From Polyangiales bacterium (GTDB lineage: Bacteria; Myxococcota_A; Polyangia; Polyangiales; Polyangiaceae), in the NCBI GenBank assembly GCA_038231275.1, contig JBBRLQ010000010.1, positions 64,001 to 128,000 of the forward strand: DNA of 64,000 nt, read 5' to 3'. Below are positions 9,627 to 19,283 of this stretch, in pieces; the stretch's first letter is position 1; every line of letters starts with the position of its first letter. The notes under the pieces were generated by a model that did not search any database, was not told the origin of the DNA, and was given only the letters and a program-made list of their open reading frames with translations. Both the position numbers and the translations under genes were made by a program.

Positions 9627-11009
9627 ATGGCGGGCCAGCCGCGACCTGGCGAGGAATTCCTCGGCAAGTACCGCATCCTTCGAGTCGTCGGCGAGGGAGG
9701 GATGGGGTCGGTGTATGCGGCGCACCACCTCTTGCTCGACAAGAGCATCGCCATCAAGGTCCTCTCGCGCGAGGTTTCGAAGAATCCCGATCACGTCACG
9801 CGCTTCTTGAACGAGGCGCGACTCGCCGCGCGGATCAAGAGCCCGCACGTGTGCTCGGTGATGGACGTCGGGCAGCTCGACGACGGTCGACCGTTCCTCG
9901 TGATGGAGCTGCTCGAAGGTGGCGATCTCGCCGCGGCGCTGCGTGCGCGCGGGCCGCTCCCGATCTGGGACATCGTCGACATCGCGCTCGGCGTCCTCGA
10001 GGGGCTCGTCCACGCGCACGTGCGCGGCATCGTGCACCGCGATTTGAAGCCGTCAAACCTCTTCCTCGCGATCGAGCCGGAGGGGGGGCCGGTGGTGGTG
10101 AAGGTGCTCGACTTCGGGATCTCGAAGTTCGAGAACATGAACGAAGAGATCCCCGCGAGCTCGCAGCCGGGCGCGGAGCCAGTGATCCTCGGCTCGCCGG
10201 CGTACATGTCGCCCGAGCAAGCGCGTGACGCGCGGAGCGTCGACGTGCGCGCGGACATCTGGTCGCTCGGCGTCATCTTGTACGAGCTCGCGACAGGCGT
10301 ATGCCCGTTCGACTCGCCGACGCCGCAGGAGACGTTCGAGAAAATTCGCGGTCACGCCGCCGCCGTGCCAGCGGGCAAGCTCCGCGAGATGCCGGCGGTG
10401 TTGGAGGCCGCGATCGCGCGGTGCATGCGCAGGAACCCCGACGAGCGCTTCCCCAACGTGCTCGAGCTCGCGCAGGCGATCGCGCCGATTCGTCCGGGCG
10501 CCGACGCGGCCGTCGCTCGCATCGCCGCGGTGATGGCGCGCCCGAAGTCGTCGCTCGCCGACTCGTCGACCGGAATCCCCGCGCTCGAGACGGGGCGTCA
10601 CCCGACGAATGTCGCGTGGACCGATGGGGCACCACACCGCGCGAGCCGCCGCGCGATGGGCCTCGGCGCCGCGTTGGGGGTCGCGATCCTCGTCACGCTC
10701 GGCCTCGTGTTCGTGCTCCACAAGAAGGCGACCTCGCGCGCCGTCGCCACCGCGTCCGCGCGGACGACCGCCGAGACGACACTCCCGCCTGCGCCCGCGG
10801 CTCTGCCCGTCGCCGTGGCCGCGCCCGATCCGATGGCGCCGATGCCTTCCGCCGATCCCGCGGATCCGGATCCGTCGTCGATCGCCGCCGCATCGCCGTC
10901 CGCGTCGTCGGGGCAAGGCGCACGCACGGTGTCGAGGCCGCCTGGTCCCGGTCCCGCTCATGCGCCCGGCAAGCCGTCCAAGCAGGACCTGCTCAAGGAC
11001 CGCCGTTGA
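9627..11009 (+). CDS. Membrane Ser/Thr protein kinase (Hanks type)
   Basis: GEGGMGSVY, IAIK, HRDLKPSN, DFG, YMSPEQ, DIWSLG; TM helix then Pro/Ala-rich tail. Confidence 0.95.
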   Translation: MAGQPRPGEEFLGKYRILRVVGEGGMGSVYAAHHLLLDKSIAIKVLSREVSKNPDHVTRFLNEARLAARIKSPHVCSVMDVGQLDDGRPFLVMELLEGGDLAAALRARGPLPIWDIVDIALGVLEGLVHAHVRGIVHRDLKPSNLFLAIEPEGGPVVVKVLDFGISKFENMNEEIPASSQPGAEPVILGSPAYMSPEQARDARSVDVRADIWSLGVILYELATGVCPFDSPTPQETFEKIRGHAAAVPAGKLREMPAVLEAAIARCMRRNPDERFPNVLELAQAIAPIRPGADAAVARIAAVMARPKSSLADSSTGIPALETGRHPTNVAWTDGAPHRASRRAMGLGAALGVAILVTLGLVFVLHKKATSRAVATASARTTAETTLPPAPAALPVAVAAPDPMAPMPSADPADPDPSSIAAASPSASSGQGARTVSRPPGPGPAHAPGKPSKQDLLKDRR

Positions 11010-11947
11010 CACGCCTCGCGCGCGCGTTGGGCCTCGCCGTCACCCTCGTCACGACCTCCGCCGTCGCGGTCGCGGCGGAGCCCGAGGACATGAAGCGCGC
11101 CGACGTCCTTTTTCGCGAGGGGCAGCGCCTCCTCAAGGCAGGGCAGGTCCCCGAGGCGTGCGAATCGTTCGCGCAGAGCCTCAAGATCGATCCCGCCGTC
11201 GGCACGCTCTTGAACCTCGCCGAGTGCCATGCGCAGGCGCGGCGGTTCGCGTCGGCCCACGCCGAGTTTCTCGAGGCCGCGCGTCTGGCGCGTGAGAGCG
11301 GGCAACACGAGCGCGAGACGTTCGCGAAGGAGCAGGCCGCGCAGAGCGAGGCGGTGCTGTCCTTCGTGGAGGTGCGCCTCCCGACCGGCGTCGATGCCGT
11401 CACCCTCGACGAGAAGCCGATCCCGAAGGCGACACTCGCGCGACCGATCGCCCTCGACTCCGGCGCGCACGTCCTCGTCGCGTCCGGCGCGGGCAAGCTC
11501 GCGCGGACCGTGCGGCTCGACGTGAAGAACGGCCCGAGCACCCAGACCGTCGACGTCGCGCCGCTCGATCCCGTCGCCGCGGCGCACGTCGAGCCGCCGC
11601 CGCACCACGACGATCCCGCGCGCCCCCGCCGCATCGCCGGGCTCGCCACGGCGGGGGTCGGCGTGATCGCGCTCGGCCTCGGCGCCTTCTTCGGCCTGCG
11701 CGCGGCCGGCAAAAAGAGCGATGCCGAGCCGCACTGCAACGGCCACTTCTGCGACGACGAGGGGCTGTCGCTGCAAGACGACGCGCACTCTGCCGCGACG
11801 ATCTCCACGGTGGCGTTCGTGGTCGGCGTGCTCGCGGTCGGCGCCGGCTCGTATCTTTACCTCTCCGTTCCGCGCCCCGCGAAGGGCATCGCGCGCGCTC
11901 GCGTGGTTCCCACCGTGACCGGCCTGCGCGTCGAGGCGGCGTGGTAA
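11006..11947 (+). CDS. Exported TPR + PEGA-like protein with hydrophobic C-terminal region
   Basis: TTG start overlapping kinase stop; signal peptide; ADVLFREG..ACESFAQS..GTLLNLAEC TPR-like helices. Confidence 0.75.
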   Translation: MTRLARALGLAVTLVTTSAVAVAAEPEDMKRADVLFREGQRLLKAGQVPEACESFAQSLKIDPAVGTLLNLAECHAQARRFASAHAEFLEAARLARESGQHERETFAKEQAAQSEAVLSFVEVRLPTGVDAVTLDEKPIPKATLARPIALDSGAHVLVASGAGKLARTVRLDVKNGPSTQTVDVAPLDPVAAAHVEPPPHHDDPARPRRIAGLATAGVGVIALGLGAFFGLRAAGKKSDAEPHCNGHFCDDEGLSLQDDAHSAATISTVAFVVGVLAVGAGSYLYLSVPRPAKGIARARVVPTVTGLRVEAAW

Positions 11948-11949
11948 AC

Positions 11950-13407
11950 ATGTATATTGCACGGATCGCCGCGGTGCTCGCCGCGTCAGCGATTCTGTGC
12001 GCGTGCGCGGTGGTCCTCGGCCTCGACGATCACGAGCGCTACCCGGTCACCGACGCGGCCTCCGACGTCGGGCCCCTCGACGCGTCGCCGTGCGGCGATA
12101 CGCAGACCGATCCCCTCAACTGTGGGCAGTGCGGCGTCGCGTGCTCCGCGGGCTACGCGTGCATCGCCGGAAAATGCGGCAACGAGGTCGTCGGCGTGTC
12201 GGCCGGCTCGAACGGCTGCGCGCTTCTTCGCGGCGGTGAGGTTTGGTGCTGGGGTCCCAACACCGCCGGACAGCTCGGCGTCCGCGCCGACACCTGCACC
12301 GCATGCCCCAAGCCCGCGAAGGTCGACGGCGTGACCGACGCCGTGGAGCTCTCCACCAGCGCGAACGCGTCGTGTGTCCGCGACAAGGCCGGCGCCGTCT
12401 CGTGCTGGGGCATCAACAACCTCGGCCAGCTCGGGCATCCCGCCACCGATCCCAACTGCGCGTACGGCGGCCCGTGCAACGGCAAGCCTCAAGTCGTGAC
12501 GATGCCGGCGGCCGCGCAGATCTCGGTCGGCGAAGGCTATGCGTGCGCGCGCCTCACGGACGGTTCGCTCCGATGCTGGGGCGACAACGCGTTCGGCGAG
12601 CTCGGCCAGGGCGCACCCTCCGATGGCCCGCACCCCGTGCCCGCGAAGGTGGCGATCACTTCCGACGTCGTCGACGTCGCGGCCGGTCGTGCCTATGCGT
12701 CGACGTGCGCCACGAAGAAGGACGGCACCATCTGGTGCTGGGGCCAGAACGTCCGCGGCATCCTCGGACACACCGGGGGCGGCGACATCTCGTGCCCAAT
12801 CGCCGCTCCTTCCTCTCCGTGCAACGCGACGCCGTCCCCCGTGGCGAATTTTTCGACGTTCACGTCGTCGCAAGTCTCGCGCGTCACGTGCGCGAAGCTC
12901 ACCAGCTTGGATTTTTACTGCTGGGGGTACAACGGCTATGGGCAGCTCGGCCTGGGCATCATCGACGCCGTCGACCACGCGGTGCCTGCGCTCGTCACGA
13001 CGCTGAAGGCGACCATGATCTCGACCGGATCGAACCACACGTGCGCGCTCGACGCCGACGGCGTCGCGTGGTGTTGGGGCTACAATTTCTGGGGCCAGGT
13101 CGGCGACGGCACGATCCGCAGCACCACGGCGTGCGAGGGGGGGCCCCAGTACTGCGTGTCGCACGCGGTGCGCGTCGTCAACGTGCCGAAGCTCGCGAGC
13201 GTCGCGGCGGGATCGGAGCTCACCGTCGGCCTCGGCGTCGACGGCACCGTGTGGGCCTGGGGCGCGAACCCCGACGGACGCACCGGTCACCCGGCCGGCA
13301 AGAGCGACGGAGGCCCGAGCGACGACAACTGCACCCTCGTCATCGGCGACGCCAGCGCGGGCGGCCCCTGCACCGCGCACCCCGCCAAGGTGACCGGGCT
13401 CCCGTAG
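11950..13407 (+). CDS. RCC1-repeat (beta-propeller) Cys-rich lipoprotein
   Basis: Repeated CWGxNxxGQLG units; DPLNCGQCGVAC repeat; N-terminal lipobox-like Cys. Confidence 0.85.
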   Translation: MYIARIAAVLAASAILCACAVVLGLDDHERYPVTDAASDVGPLDASPCGDTQTDPLNCGQCGVACSAGYACIAGKCGNEVVGVSAGSNGCALLRGGEVWCWGPNTAGQLGVRADTCTACPKPAKVDGVTDAVELSTSANASCVRDKAGAVSCWGINNLGQLGHPATDPNCAYGGPCNGKPQVVTMPAAAQISVGEGYACARLTDGSLRCWGDNAFGELGQGAPSDGPHPVPAKVAITSDVVDVAAGRAYASTCATKKDGTIWCWGQNVRGILGHTGGGDISCPIAAPSSPCNATPSPVANFSTFTSSQVSRVTCAKLTSLDFYCWGYNGYGQLGLGIIDAVDHAVPALVTTLKATMISTGSNHTCALDADGVAWCWGYNFWGQVGDGTIRSTTACEGGPQYCVSHAVRVVNVPKLASVAAGSELTVGLGVDGTVWAWGANPDGRTGHPAGKSDGGPSDDNCTLVIGDASAGGPCTAHPAKVTGLP

Positions 13408-13447
13408 CGTCGTCACGGGCGGCCGACATGGACTATGCTCCGCGGCC

Positions 13448-14266
13448 ATGTCGCTCCGTGGAAAGACGCTCTTCATCACCGGCGCGAGCCGGGGCATCGG
13501 TCTCGCCATCGGCCTGCGCGCCGCGAAGGACGGCGCCAACGTCGTCATCGCCGCCAAGACGGCCGAGCCCAACCCCAAGCTGCCCGGCACCATCTACTCC
13601 GCCGCGAAGGAGATCGAAGCGGCCGGCGGCAAGGCCCTCCCGCTCGTCGTGGACGTCCGCTTCGAGGAGCAGGTGCAAGACGCCGTGAAGAAGGCCGTGG
13701 AGGCGTTCGGCGGGATCGACATCCTCGTCAACAACGCGAGCGCGATCTCGCTGACCAACACGCCCGGCACGCCGATGAAACGCTACGATTTGATGCACCA
13801 GATCAACACGCGCGGCACCTTCATGTGCTCGCAGGCGTGCGTCCCGCACCTCCTGAAGGCGAAGAACCCGCACGTCTTGAACCTCTCTCCGCCGCTCAAC
13901 ATGGACACCAAGTGGTTTGCCCCGCACGTCGCCTACACGATGGCGAAATTCGGGATGAGCATGTGCGTCCTCGGAATGGCCGGCGAGTTCGCGTCCGACG
14001 GGATCGCCTTCAACGCTCTGTGGCCGCGCACCGTCATCGCGACGGCGGCAGTGCAGAACCTCCTCGGCGGCGACGAAGTGATGCGCGGCTCCCGCAAGCC
14101 CGAAATCATGGCCGACGCCGCGTACGCGATCTTCCAGCGCCCCTCGCGGGAGTGCACGGGCAACTTCTTCATCGACGACGAGGTGCTCGCCTCGATCGGC
14201 AAGACCAACCTCACCGAGTACGCGGTCGACCCGTCCGCGACGTTGTACCCGGACTTCTTCGTCTGA
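13448..14266 (+). CDS. Short-chain dehydrogenase/reductase (HSDL2/AtuG-like)
   Basis: ITGASRGIG, AAKTAEPNPKLPGTI, NNASAI, YTMAK, NALWPRT. Confidence 0.9.
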   Translation: MSLRGKTLFITGASRGIGLAIGLRAAKDGANVVIAAKTAEPNPKLPGTIYSAAKEIEAAGGKALPLVVDVRFEEQVQDAVKKAVEAFGGIDILVNNASAISLTNTPGTPMKRYDLMHQINTRGTFMCSQACVPHLLKAKNPHVLNLSPPLNMDTKWFAPHVAYTMAKFGMSMCVLGMAGEFASDGIAFNALWPRTVIATAAVQNLLGGDEVMRGSRKPEIMADAAYAIFQRPSRECTGNFFIDDEVLASIGKTNLTEYAVDPSATLYPDFFV

Positions 14267-14273
14267 GCGGCGG

Positions 14274-14675
14274 CTACGCGGAGCGCGCTTCTTCGCAGAG
14301 CTCGCGAACGCTGGCGGTCATCGCGCGGATCTCGGCGCGCCCGAACGGCGCCTCGAGCGCGCGATGCTCGGCGAGGAACTCGTCGCTGAGGCCGCCCGTT
14401 CCCGTCAAGAAGACGACGCGGTCGGCCTGCTCGGGATCGATCCGCGCGACGCGGAGGTAGAGGCCAGTCATCTGGTCCATCATCAGACCACAAAAGACCA
14501 CGTCGAACCGCTCGCCGCGCTCGATCCGCGCGATCGCGTCGCTCGCCCGGAGGTCGGCGGCCACGCGGCAGTCGAGGAGGGCAGTCCACACCGCATCGAG
14601 GGTCACTCGATTCTCGTCGACGACGAGGACGCGGGCACCGGACACGACCAAGGAGCGGGAGTGGGAGGCGGGCAC
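14274..14675 (-). CDS. Stand-alone atypical (pseudo) receiver domain protein
   Basis: RVLVVDE...FDVVFCGLMM...VVFLTG...LEAPF receiver pattern with acceptor Asp and conserved Lys replaced. Confidence 0.65.
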   Translation of the reverse strand: MPASHSRSLVVSGARVLVVDENRVTLDAVWTALLDCRVAADLRASDAIARIERGERFDVVFCGLMMDQMTGLYLRVARIDPEQADRVVFLTGTGGLSDEFLAEHRALEAPFGRAEIRAMTASVRELCEEARSA

Positions 14676-14876
14676 GTCCTCAAGCGATGCAGGGAGCGTG
14701 CGCGGACACCGCGCCTCCCTTTCCCGGGGATCCTTGGCGTTCGCCGTCGCGAGCGGTCACCCGAGAAGACGGTCGGCGGCAACTGGCGTGACCGGGCTCC
14801 CCGAAATCGTGGGAAGCTCCGCCGTGGGAGCGCGTATACACGCTTCGCGCAATCACGCGCATGTCGGGAGGCCTCC

Positions 14877-15686
14877 GTGAAGATCAGGTACTTCGTCACC
14901 TTTGCAATGTTCGTCGCGATGGGGGCCGTCGCGGCCTGCAAAGGGAGCGGCGCTTCCAAGGACCAGGGCGGCGCGGCCGCGGATGGCGTGAAGGCGAGCT
15001 GCAACCAGATCCCGTTCCTCGGCACGTGCACGGAGTATCCGAAGGGCCTTACCTTCGCGCTCGCGGAGACGGCGTGCACGATGATCCCCGACGCCGGCTC
15101 GGTGTGGGGCAAAGAGAAGTGCCCGACCGATCGCGTCCTCGGAAAGTGCGTCGACTCGGCGAAGGACGCGCTCTACGAGAACGAGACGGAGATCTACTAC
15201 GCCCCGTACTTCACGCCGGAGTCGGCGAAGAAGGAGTGCGTCGAGGACACGATTCGCAAGGGCAAGACGTACGCGGCCGTCGACTTCAAGCCGAAGGACG
15301 GCGAGGCGCGTGGCGCCTGCACGCGCAAAGTCATCGGCTCGAAGAACACGGGCCCCGACGAGTGCGAGGAGTACCCGTACGCGACGTCCAAGGAAGACTG
15401 GATGGTCGTGAAGATGAACTGCTCGGGCGCGGACGACAAAATGGAGGTCGGCAAGACCTGCGCGAAGGACACCGCCGTGTCCAAGTGCGAGACCAAGGAC
15501 GGCACGGTCGTCTACTACTTCCCGCACGAGGCGAAGAACCAGAAGGAAGCGTGCGAGTCGGCGCCGACGTCCGGCAAGTACACCAAGCTCGGCAGCGCGG
15601 CGATGGCTGCGGCGACGACCCCCCCACCGAAGCACGCCCCCGCGGCCGGTTCGGGAAAGCCCCCGGCGCCGAAGGCCTCGAAGTAG
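14877..15686 (+). CDS. Cys-rich lipoprotein with two internal repeats, unknown function
   Basis: GGAGG RBS before GTG 14877; lipobox AVAAC; repeated CxEYP...C...YY...KxxC units. Confidence 0.7.
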   Translation: MKIRYFVTFAMFVAMGAVAACKGSGASKDQGGAAADGVKASCNQIPFLGTCTEYPKGLTFALAETACTMIPDAGSVWGKEKCPTDRVLGKCVDSAKDALYENETEIYYAPYFTPESAKKECVEDTIRKGKTYAAVDFKPKDGEARGACTRKVIGSKNTGPDECEEYPYATSKEDWMVVKMNCSGADDKMEVGKTCAKDTAVSKCETKDGTVVYYFPHEAKNQKEACESAPTSGKYTKLGSAAMAAATTPPPKHAPAAGSGKPPAPKASK

Positions 15687-15703
15687 CCGTTTTTCGCGGC
15701 CGA

Positions 15704-15737
15704 ATCACCGATTAGAGCAATTGCTCTAATCGGTGAT
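15704..15737. repeat. Perfect 34-bp palindrome
   Basis: ATCACCGATTAGAGCAA followed directly by its exact reverse complement TTGCTCTAATCGGTGAT. Confidence 0.95.
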
Positions 15738-15749
15738 AGGCTCACCGGC

Positions 15750-16580
15750 ATGAAGGCCGGTCGATCCGCCTCGTTCGCTCTCGTCGTGAGCTCCCTCGCG
15801 TGCGGCCGGGTCGCCGCCGATCCCGTCGTCGTCGTCGACCCGATGGCCGACGCCGGCGTCGACGCCCCCGGCGTGGCGCGAAGCGGCGGGTTGGTGTCGC
15901 TCGCGAACACCGACACGGACTGGGCCTTCGGGGCGATGTTCTACGGGTCCGGCCCGTCGTGCACGGTCGCGCGCGTCGACGGCTGCGACGTATCGTCGTG
16001 CTTCTCTTGGTACCCGTGGGACACGCCCGCCCGCTTCGAAGCGATCGGCGCGGTCGAAGTGACCGTCGGAACGACCGTCGTCGACCTCGCGCTCCAAAAG
16101 GACGCGACCTACGTTTCGACCGGGCTCGGGAGGCTATGGAACGGCGGCGAGCCGCTTCGGGCTCACGTGAGCGGAAGCGCGGGCACGTCGTTCGACTTCA
16201 TGACGCTGGCGCCGTCGCTGGTCACGCTGACCGCGCCCGTCATCCCCGTCGGGGCGACGGTGCCGCGTCGGAACCCGCTCCAGGTCGCGTGGGCCGTGCC
16301 GGACGCCGGGGAGGGCGCGATCGTCGCCGAGGTGGTCAACGATCCAAACGGTCCGCTGCCGGCCGTTCGCGCCCGATGCACGTTCGCCCTTCAGGATGGG
16401 CACGGCGAGATCCCTGCGAGCGTGCTCCAGCGGCTGCCGGCCGGTCCTGGAGGAATCCTCGTGACGTCGAGCATCGAGAGTACCCTCCCCGTCGGCGACC
16501 GCGACGTTCGCTTCGAGGCGTTCTCCGTCGCGATCGGCCCTCCCGGGGCGACCAACGGGATCACGCTCGTCTGGGAGTGA
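15750..16580 (+). CDS. Hypothetical lipoprotein
   Basis: Lipobox SLAC; GC3-rich coding pattern; beta-rich sequence. Confidence 0.65.
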   Translation: MKAGRSASFALVVSSLACGRVAADPVVVVDPMADAGVDAPGVARSGGLVSLANTDTDWAFGAMFYGSGPSCTVARVDGCDVSSCFSWYPWDTPARFEAIGAVEVTVGTTVVDLALQKDATYVSTGLGRLWNGGEPLRAHVSGSAGTSFDFMTLAPSLVTLTAPVIPVGATVPRRNPLQVAWAVPDAGEGAIVAEVVNDPNGPLPAVRARCTFALQDGHGEIPASVLQRLPAGPGGILVTSSIESTLPVGDRDVRFEAFSVAIGPPGATNGITLVWE

Positions 16581-16601
16581 CGGCGGCCCGCTCGCTCGGG
16601 G

Positions 16602-17804
16602 CTAGGCGAGCGCTTCGACGAGGCGCTCGACGTCACGCTCCGCGACCGAGCAGAGGGCGACACGAAGCGCGCCCTTGCTCGGCACGACGAAGACGCCTTT
16701 GTCCTTCATCGCGGCGGCCTTGGGCAACGCGTCGTCGTGGAACACCGTGACGAAGAAGCCTCCTTCGTAGCGCGGGTACGTGAGGCCCTTGCCATGCGCG
16801 ATGGCGTTGAACGCGGCGACGCGGCGCGCGAGCAGGGCTTGAAGCTCGGCGCGCTCCTTGTCGCACGCGCTGCGAAGGGCCGCGTCGGTGAGGAGGCGTG
16901 CGATGGCGTTTTGCCCGCCGCGCGTGCAGTTCGACCACGTGCCGCGGCACGAGTAGGTGAGGGCCGCCTCGGTCTTCTGTCGCTCGACGTCGTCCACCAC
17001 GCACGCGACGAGCGCGCCGACGCGGAGGCCGTAGTGCGTGAACGACTTGGACGCGCTCCACGCGAAGAGGAGCCCGACCTTGCCCACGAGCGGGCGCAGC
17101 TCGGCGAGGAACGCGCGCGGCGAGCGTGCGCCGTACAGGAAATACGCGGTGTCGACGAGGAGCGTGATCGGCGCCTCGTCGGCGTGCGCCACCAAACACG
17201 CGGCGACCGCGCGCCACTCCTCGGTGCTCATCGAGTAGCCGGTCGGGTTGTGGCAAGGATCGTTCAAGAAGAGGAGGACGCGCCCCTGTGACGCGATCTG
17301 CGCCTTCACCGCGCGATCGAGCGCGCCGACGTCGAGGCCGCCCTTCGCGTCGAACATGGTGAACGTCGTGAGCTTGCGATCCGCCTCGTCGGCGAGGGTC
17401 TGGTACGGACCCCAGAAGAAGCTCGACGTCAGCAGCGCCTGTCCGGGCTCGAGAAAATTCGCGATGGCGTGGCGGAGCGCCCCGGTGCCGCCTGGCGTCG
17501 CGACGGCGCATCCCGCGGCGCGCATCGTCGGCTCGTCTTGAAAGAGATCGTCGATGACCGCGCGAAGGAACGTCGGGCTCCCGGCGATCGGGGCGTACGC
17601 GGCCCACTCCTCGTCCGGCACCTCACGCACGACGCGCGCGGACGTCGGCATCACCGCGAGCTTTCCGTCGTCCAGCAGAAGCGAGCCGACCGTCGCGTTG
17701 ATCACCGCGTCGCCGCGCTCTTTGCGCTGCATCGCCTCTTTGTTGAGCGCGAAGATCGGATCGTCGCTCGGACGCGACTGATGGCTCGGAATGACGTGAA
17801 GCAT
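16602..17804 (-). CDS. PLP-dependent aminotransferase class I/II (aspartate aminotransferase-like)
   Basis: TPGGTGAL, NDPCHNPTGYS, DTAY, SASKSFTHYGLRVG (PLP Lys). Confidence 0.9.
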   Translation of the reverse strand: MLHVIPSHQSRPSDDPIFALNKEAMQRKERGDAVINATVGSLLLDDGKLAVMPTSARVVREVPDEEWAAYAPIAGSPTFLRAVIDDLFQDEPTMRAAGCAVATPGGTGALRHAIANFLEPGQALLTSSFFWGPYQTLADEADRKLTTFTMFDAKGGLDVGALDRAVKAQIASQGRVLLFLNDPCHNPTGYSMSTEEWRAVAACLVAHADEAPITLLVDTAYFLYGARSPRAFLAELRPLVGKVGLLFAWSASKSFTHYGLRVGALVACVVDDVERQKTEAALTYSCRGTWSNCTRGGQNAIARLLTDAALRSACDKERAELQALLARRVAAFNAIAHGKGLTYPRYEGGFFVTVFHDDALPKAAAMKDKGVFVVPSKGALRVALCSVAERDVERLVEALA

Positions 17805-17931
17805 CGGGCGAGATTCTTACCACGAAAGCCGTCTGACAGAATGGCACCGGAGGCCTGATTCGAGCCTGCAACGTGACAGCTTGGCTGAGTCCAAGAGCTC
17901 GGAATCATGCAAAAACACCGCCCGATACGCG

Positions 17932-17947
17932 TGGCACGCGGTATGCT
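17932..17947 (+). promoter_or_regulatory. Candidate sigma-54 promoter (-24/-12)
   Basis: TGGCACG-CGGT-ATGCT, one mismatch to TGGCACG-N4-TTGCW, just upstream of ATG 17964. Confidence 0.5.
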
Positions 17948-17963
17948 CTCCCGTCCATCGCCC

Positions 17964-19283
17964 ATGCGCTTCTCTTCACGTTCTCTCCTCGCCATCGCGT
18001 TCGGCGCGTTCGTCTTCGCGGCCGCGACGTTGTGGCCCTCCCCCGCGCGCGCGCAGTCGGTCACGCTCGCCGCTGCCGCGGTGACGCGCAACCTCCCGCT
18101 GCCGGGACGCAATCAGTACAACTGGGTCAACTTCAACGACTGCGAGCAGGACCTCGTGCTGACGTTCCCGCTGGTGCTCGACGGGGCATCCACGGGAAAT
18201 TCTTCGCTCTCGCTTCAAGCATGGGCCGGCGCGTCGGGTGCGACCTGCACGGATCTGATGACGCGCAATGGGCAGAGCACGCAGACCTGCTGGCAAATCT
18301 ATCCGGGGAACATCCCCAAATCGCAGACGGACAACCGTTCCATTCCCGTTCGCGACATCCTCTCTCAGTACGCTACCGGCGCCACGACGAAGACGGCCTA
18401 CGGCGGCCCTTACGGCGAGTCCGTCTGCCATTCGTCGACCTCTAGCGGTCCAGCGACGATCACTCTCTGGTTTTTCATGATCGACACTGCCAGCGGTAAC
18501 CTGGCAGGGACCGGCGCGCAGTTCCCGCTCCTCGCCGATCTCGTCGGCCCCGCGCCGCCGACGAACTTGAGCGCGGCAATCGGCAACCAGAAGCTGATCC
18601 TCAACTGGACGCCGTCCGGCGACACCGACACCGCGAGCTACAACTTCTACTGCGATCCCCCTCCGTTCGGAAAGAGCGCGCCCGAGGGCGGAGGCGCGAC
18701 GGTCACCACCGACGCCGCGACCACGACCACGTGCGTCGACGGCGGCCTCGACGACGGCGGCTTCGACGAAGCGGGCGACGCGCTCCCCGGCAACCCGCTC
18801 GACGGAGGGTGCACCACGACGACGACGCCGGGGACGACGACTCCCACCGGCCCGGTGACGCTCAACGGATGCACGACGTCGGTGCTCGTTCCAGCGCAGG
18901 CATCGACGACCTCGACGAACGAGGCGGGGCAGTCGGTGTCCGCCGGCTCGCAGTTCATCGACGACGCGTACAAGTGCGGCAGCGCGGGCAGCGTGTCGAG
19001 CTCGAACGGCGTCACCGACAAGCTCGAGAACTACAAGCTCTACAACGTCGCGGTCGCCGGCATCGACAACTACGGCAACACCGGCATCCTCTCGACGCCC
19101 GGGTGCAACACGCCGCAGGAGATCATCGACTTCTGGCAGGAGTACCGCACGGACGGCGGGCTCGCCGGCGGCGGATTTTGCAGCATCGACGGGGTCGGCG
19201 TGCCGGCCACGGCGACGCCGCTCGTCGTGTTCGGCGGCTGGGCGATCGCGACCGTCTTGCGGCGAAGGAGAAAGAAGAAGTGA
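17964..19283 (+). CDS. Secreted FN3-like protein with MYXO-CTERM-type anchor (MXAN_2561-like)
   Basis: Signal peptide ending ARA; GPAPPTNLSAAIGNQKLILNW and YNVAVAGIDNYGN FN3-like motifs; DFWQEY..GGFC + TM + RRRRKKK. Confidence 0.75.
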   Translation: MRFSSRSLLAIAFGAFVFAAATLWPSPARAQSVTLAAAAVTRNLPLPGRNQYNWVNFNDCEQDLVLTFPLVLDGASTGNSSLSLQAWAGASGATCTDLMTRNGQSTQTCWQIYPGNIPKSQTDNRSIPVRDILSQYATGATTKTAYGGPYGESVCHSSTSSGPATITLWFFMIDTASGNLAGTGAQFPLLADLVGPAPPTNLSAAIGNQKLILNWTPSGDTDTASYNFYCDPPPFGKSAPEGGGATVTTDAATTTTCVDGGLDDGGFDEAGDALPGNPLDGGCTTTTTPGTTTPTGPVTLNGCTTSVLVPAQASTTSTNEAGQSVSAGSQFIDDAYKCGSAGSVSSSNGVTDKLENYKLYNVAVAGIDNYGNTGILSTPGCNTPQEIIDFWQEYRTDGGLAGGGFCSIDGVGVPATATPLVVFGGWAIATVLRRRRKKK

